64,000 nucleotides of DNA from contig CAWJQQ010000001.1 in the NCBI GenBank assembly GCA_963845065.1, forward strand, positions 768,001 to 832,000, read 5' to 3'. The notes beneath the pieces were generated by a model that worked only from the letters and a program-made list of their open reading frames with translations, did not search any database and was not told the origin of the DNA. The translations under genes and the position numbers were made by a program. The DNA is from Nitrospirota bacterium (GTDB lineage Bacteria; Nitrospirota; UBA9217). Below are positions 62,179 to 64,000 of this stretch, piece after piece (the first letter of the stretch is position 1; every line of letters starts with the position of its first letter).

Positions 62179-63198
62179 TTAGTGTACTTTCTCCTCGCTC
62201 ACAGCGACCGGTTTAGGCTTGTTAATCCAAACGGCGTCTGGTAATGAGGGAGGAACAGGAACTTTTTTCACGAACCGCTCAGGATGTGCCTCATAGGCGG
62301 TACGAAGCACCTCGCCCCTGGCTTTCAGCACGTCCAGCGCGAGTCCGTAGTGGACAGACTCCGGCGTGAGCAGCCCAATGCCGGAGTGATGATGCTCGGT
62401 ATTGTACCAGGGGAAAAAGACCTGGCAGAATCCCCGGCCGTCCTCAATGCAGCCGAACCGATCGGGGAAGTCCGGCCGGTACTTGAGCGTTTTGAACTGA
62501 GACTCTGAAAAAGGATTGTCATCGCTCGTATACGGTCTGCTGTGGGTCTTGGTGACGCCCAGATCGGCCATGAGCAAGGCGACCGGTTTCGACCTCATGG
62601 ACGAGCCACGATCCGCATGTATTGTGAGCTGCCCTTTTTCTATATTCTGCTTGGCGCAGGTTTCCTTGATAAGCTTTTCCGCCAAGGCAGCCGATTCCCT
62701 GGGGGCGACCATCCAGCCGACGACGTAGCGGCTGAAGATATCCAGGATCACGTAGAGGTAAAAATAGGACCATTTTGCCGGGCCTAAAAGCTTGGTAATG
62801 TCCCAGGACCAGACTTGGTTCGGCGCAGTAGCCAGAAGCTCCGGCTTCTGATACACGGGGTGGCTGAGCTGGTTCCTGCGCTCCTTGACCTCCTGGTTCG
62901 CGTCGAGGATGCGGTACATGGTGCTTATAGAGCATTGATATGCGCCTTCATCCAATAGGGTTGCATAGACCTCCTGGGGCGCCTTGTCCACGAACCGCTC
63001 AGAATGAAGGACGTCAAGTACGTCTTGCCGTTCGTCTGAAGACAGAGCACGCGGCGGGCTCGGACGTTTCGTCGGCTCCATGGGAGGCGCATTTTTCCGC
63101 GCCTGTGTCCGGTAGAACCCGGAACGAGGGATGTCGAGCGATGCACATGCTGATTTGATCCCGATATCAGAGGAAAGAGTATGGGCGGCTTCCATCAT
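62179..63198 (-). CDS. IS3-family transposase OrfB (DDE)
   Basis: PNQVWSWDIT, DIFSRYVVGW, HADRGSSM and DNPFSESQFKTLK. Confidence 0.93.
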   Translation of the reverse strand: MMEAAHTLSSDIGIKSACASLDIPRSGFYRTQARKNAPPMEPTKRPSPPRALSSDERQDVLDVLHSERFVDKAPQEVYATLLDEGAYQCSISTMYRILDANQEVKERRNQLSHPVYQKPELLATAPNQVWSWDITKLLGPAKWSYFYLYVILDIFSRYVVGWMVAPRESAALAEKLIKETCAKQNIEKGQLTIHADRGSSMRSKPVALLMADLGVTKTHSRPYTSDDNPFSESQFKTLKYRPDFPDRFGCIEDGRGFCQVFFPWYNTEHHHSGIGLLTPESVHYGLALDVLKARGEVLRTAYEAHPERFVKKVPVPPSLPDAVWINKPKPVAVSEEKVH

Positions 63199-63698
63199 TC
63201 GTTCTTTCCACTCTCGTCGGTCGCAATCGGGATCCCCAGAATCGCCGATATTTTTTTTTGAACATCGATGATGATTTCGGCCTGCCTGAGGCGATTGGTA
63301 AGCCGGTCATTCTCCTTGCGGAGTTTCTCGTTCTCTACCCGCAAAGGATTCCGGACGGTTTCCTTTCGTCCCCGTTTTTTGGGCGCGAGGCCGGATAGTA
63401 CGCCGCGATCGCGCTGACCTCGCCAAGTGTTGAGATTTGATGCATAGAGTCCTTCACGGCGCAGGAGCTCACCAAGGCACCCAGGCTCATTGCAGGCATC
63501 GGCCAGTGTCAGAACGCGCAGCTTATATTCAGCCGTAAAACGTCGCCGGGCGGCTTTAACCGGAACTTCTGGATCAGGTGGGGCCGCAGCAGCACCATGA
63601 AGCAAACTGACTTCTTTAGGTGCTCCTCCCCAGGGAACCTCAGTCGCCCTACGGGCTCCTTCGTTTCCCTGGGATGCTTTGATCTTTGATGCTACCAT
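63195..63698 (-). CDS. IS3-family transposase OrfA
   Basis: RRRFTAEYK, LLRREGLY, leucine zipper, IIDVQKK; ATGA overlap with orfB. Confidence 0.9.
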   Translation of the reverse strand: MVASKIKASQGNEGARRATEVPWGGAPKEVSLLHGAAAAPPDPEVPVKAARRRFTAEYKLRVLTLADACNEPGCLGELLRREGLYASNLNTWRGQRDRGVLSGLAPKKRGRKETVRNPLRVENEKLRKENDRLTNRLRQAEIIIDVQKKISAILGIPIATDESGKNE

Positions 63699-64000
63699 AT
63701 AGATTTCTCCTCCCCGCCCTCTACTCTAATTTACCACAGGGGAGGTGTCTCAGTTATATTGACACAGAGGGGTGTTGAGGGGACTGAAACTTATCAATGG
63801 ACAACAGGAGCGCGCCTTCATAACGATAGAGCGCCCTTTGAAAGCACTATTTTTCGGAATGAGTAATCTGAGTGATGGCACATAAATCGTCATCACTTAA
63901 TCCGTTCTACCTGGCAAATCGGGGAAAATAAAAAAAGATAACAAAAGGAGAATATGTTAATCATGTCTATGCGGGTTACAAACCGAATCTGTTGATTGTT

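Larger units (their letters stand above)
62139..63770 (-). mobile_element. Complete IS3-family element
   Basis: IRs TGTCAATGACTTTGAGACACC / GGTGTCTCAGTTATATTGACA; GGTG (or GGGTG) flanking direct repeat; orfA + orfB. Confidence 0.9.

Overview
Bacterial chromosomal window, apparently from an anaerobic, cytochrome-rich organism (Nitrospirota/Desulfobacterota-like gene content; taxonomy is inference). About 1-10 kb is housekeeping: argF, argD, tonB, a short MetE-core methionine synthase, queF, tatA/B-tatC, mobB and hemL. About 10-22 kb is a respiratory island that follows hemL-atpZ-atpI, where atpB/atpE would be expected. It has two tandem [tetraheme cytochrome c + 4Fe-4S protein + NrfD-type membrane protein] modules, a divergent Rieske/cytochrome b/pentaheme operon, an 11-heme membrane-anchored cytochrome and two c7-type trihemes (30 CXXCH motifs in total). 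About 23-64 kb is an accessory region. Its signalling genes are a PhcB-like methyltransferase next to a membrane hybrid histidine kinase (candidate quorum-sensing pair), a PAS-GGDEF protein, a PAS-LuxR regulator, a pseudo-receiver-PilZ protein and a sigma28-driven binding protein + MCP pair. It also holds many pseudogenes and mobile DNA. Across the whole window the mobile DNA comprises two decayed tnpB elements, three families of ORF-less hairpin-bounded IS200/IS605-like mini-elements (4+2+2 copies), an RT-deleted group IIC intron, a second group II intron with a frameshifted RT, IS481- and IS3-type elements, and an IS110 gene split by a RIT element plus an IS91-like/tyrosine-recombinase element ending in a perfect 32-bp palindrome. 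No rRNA, tRNA or CRISPR array was seen. All family assignments come from motif recognition by eye, not database searches.
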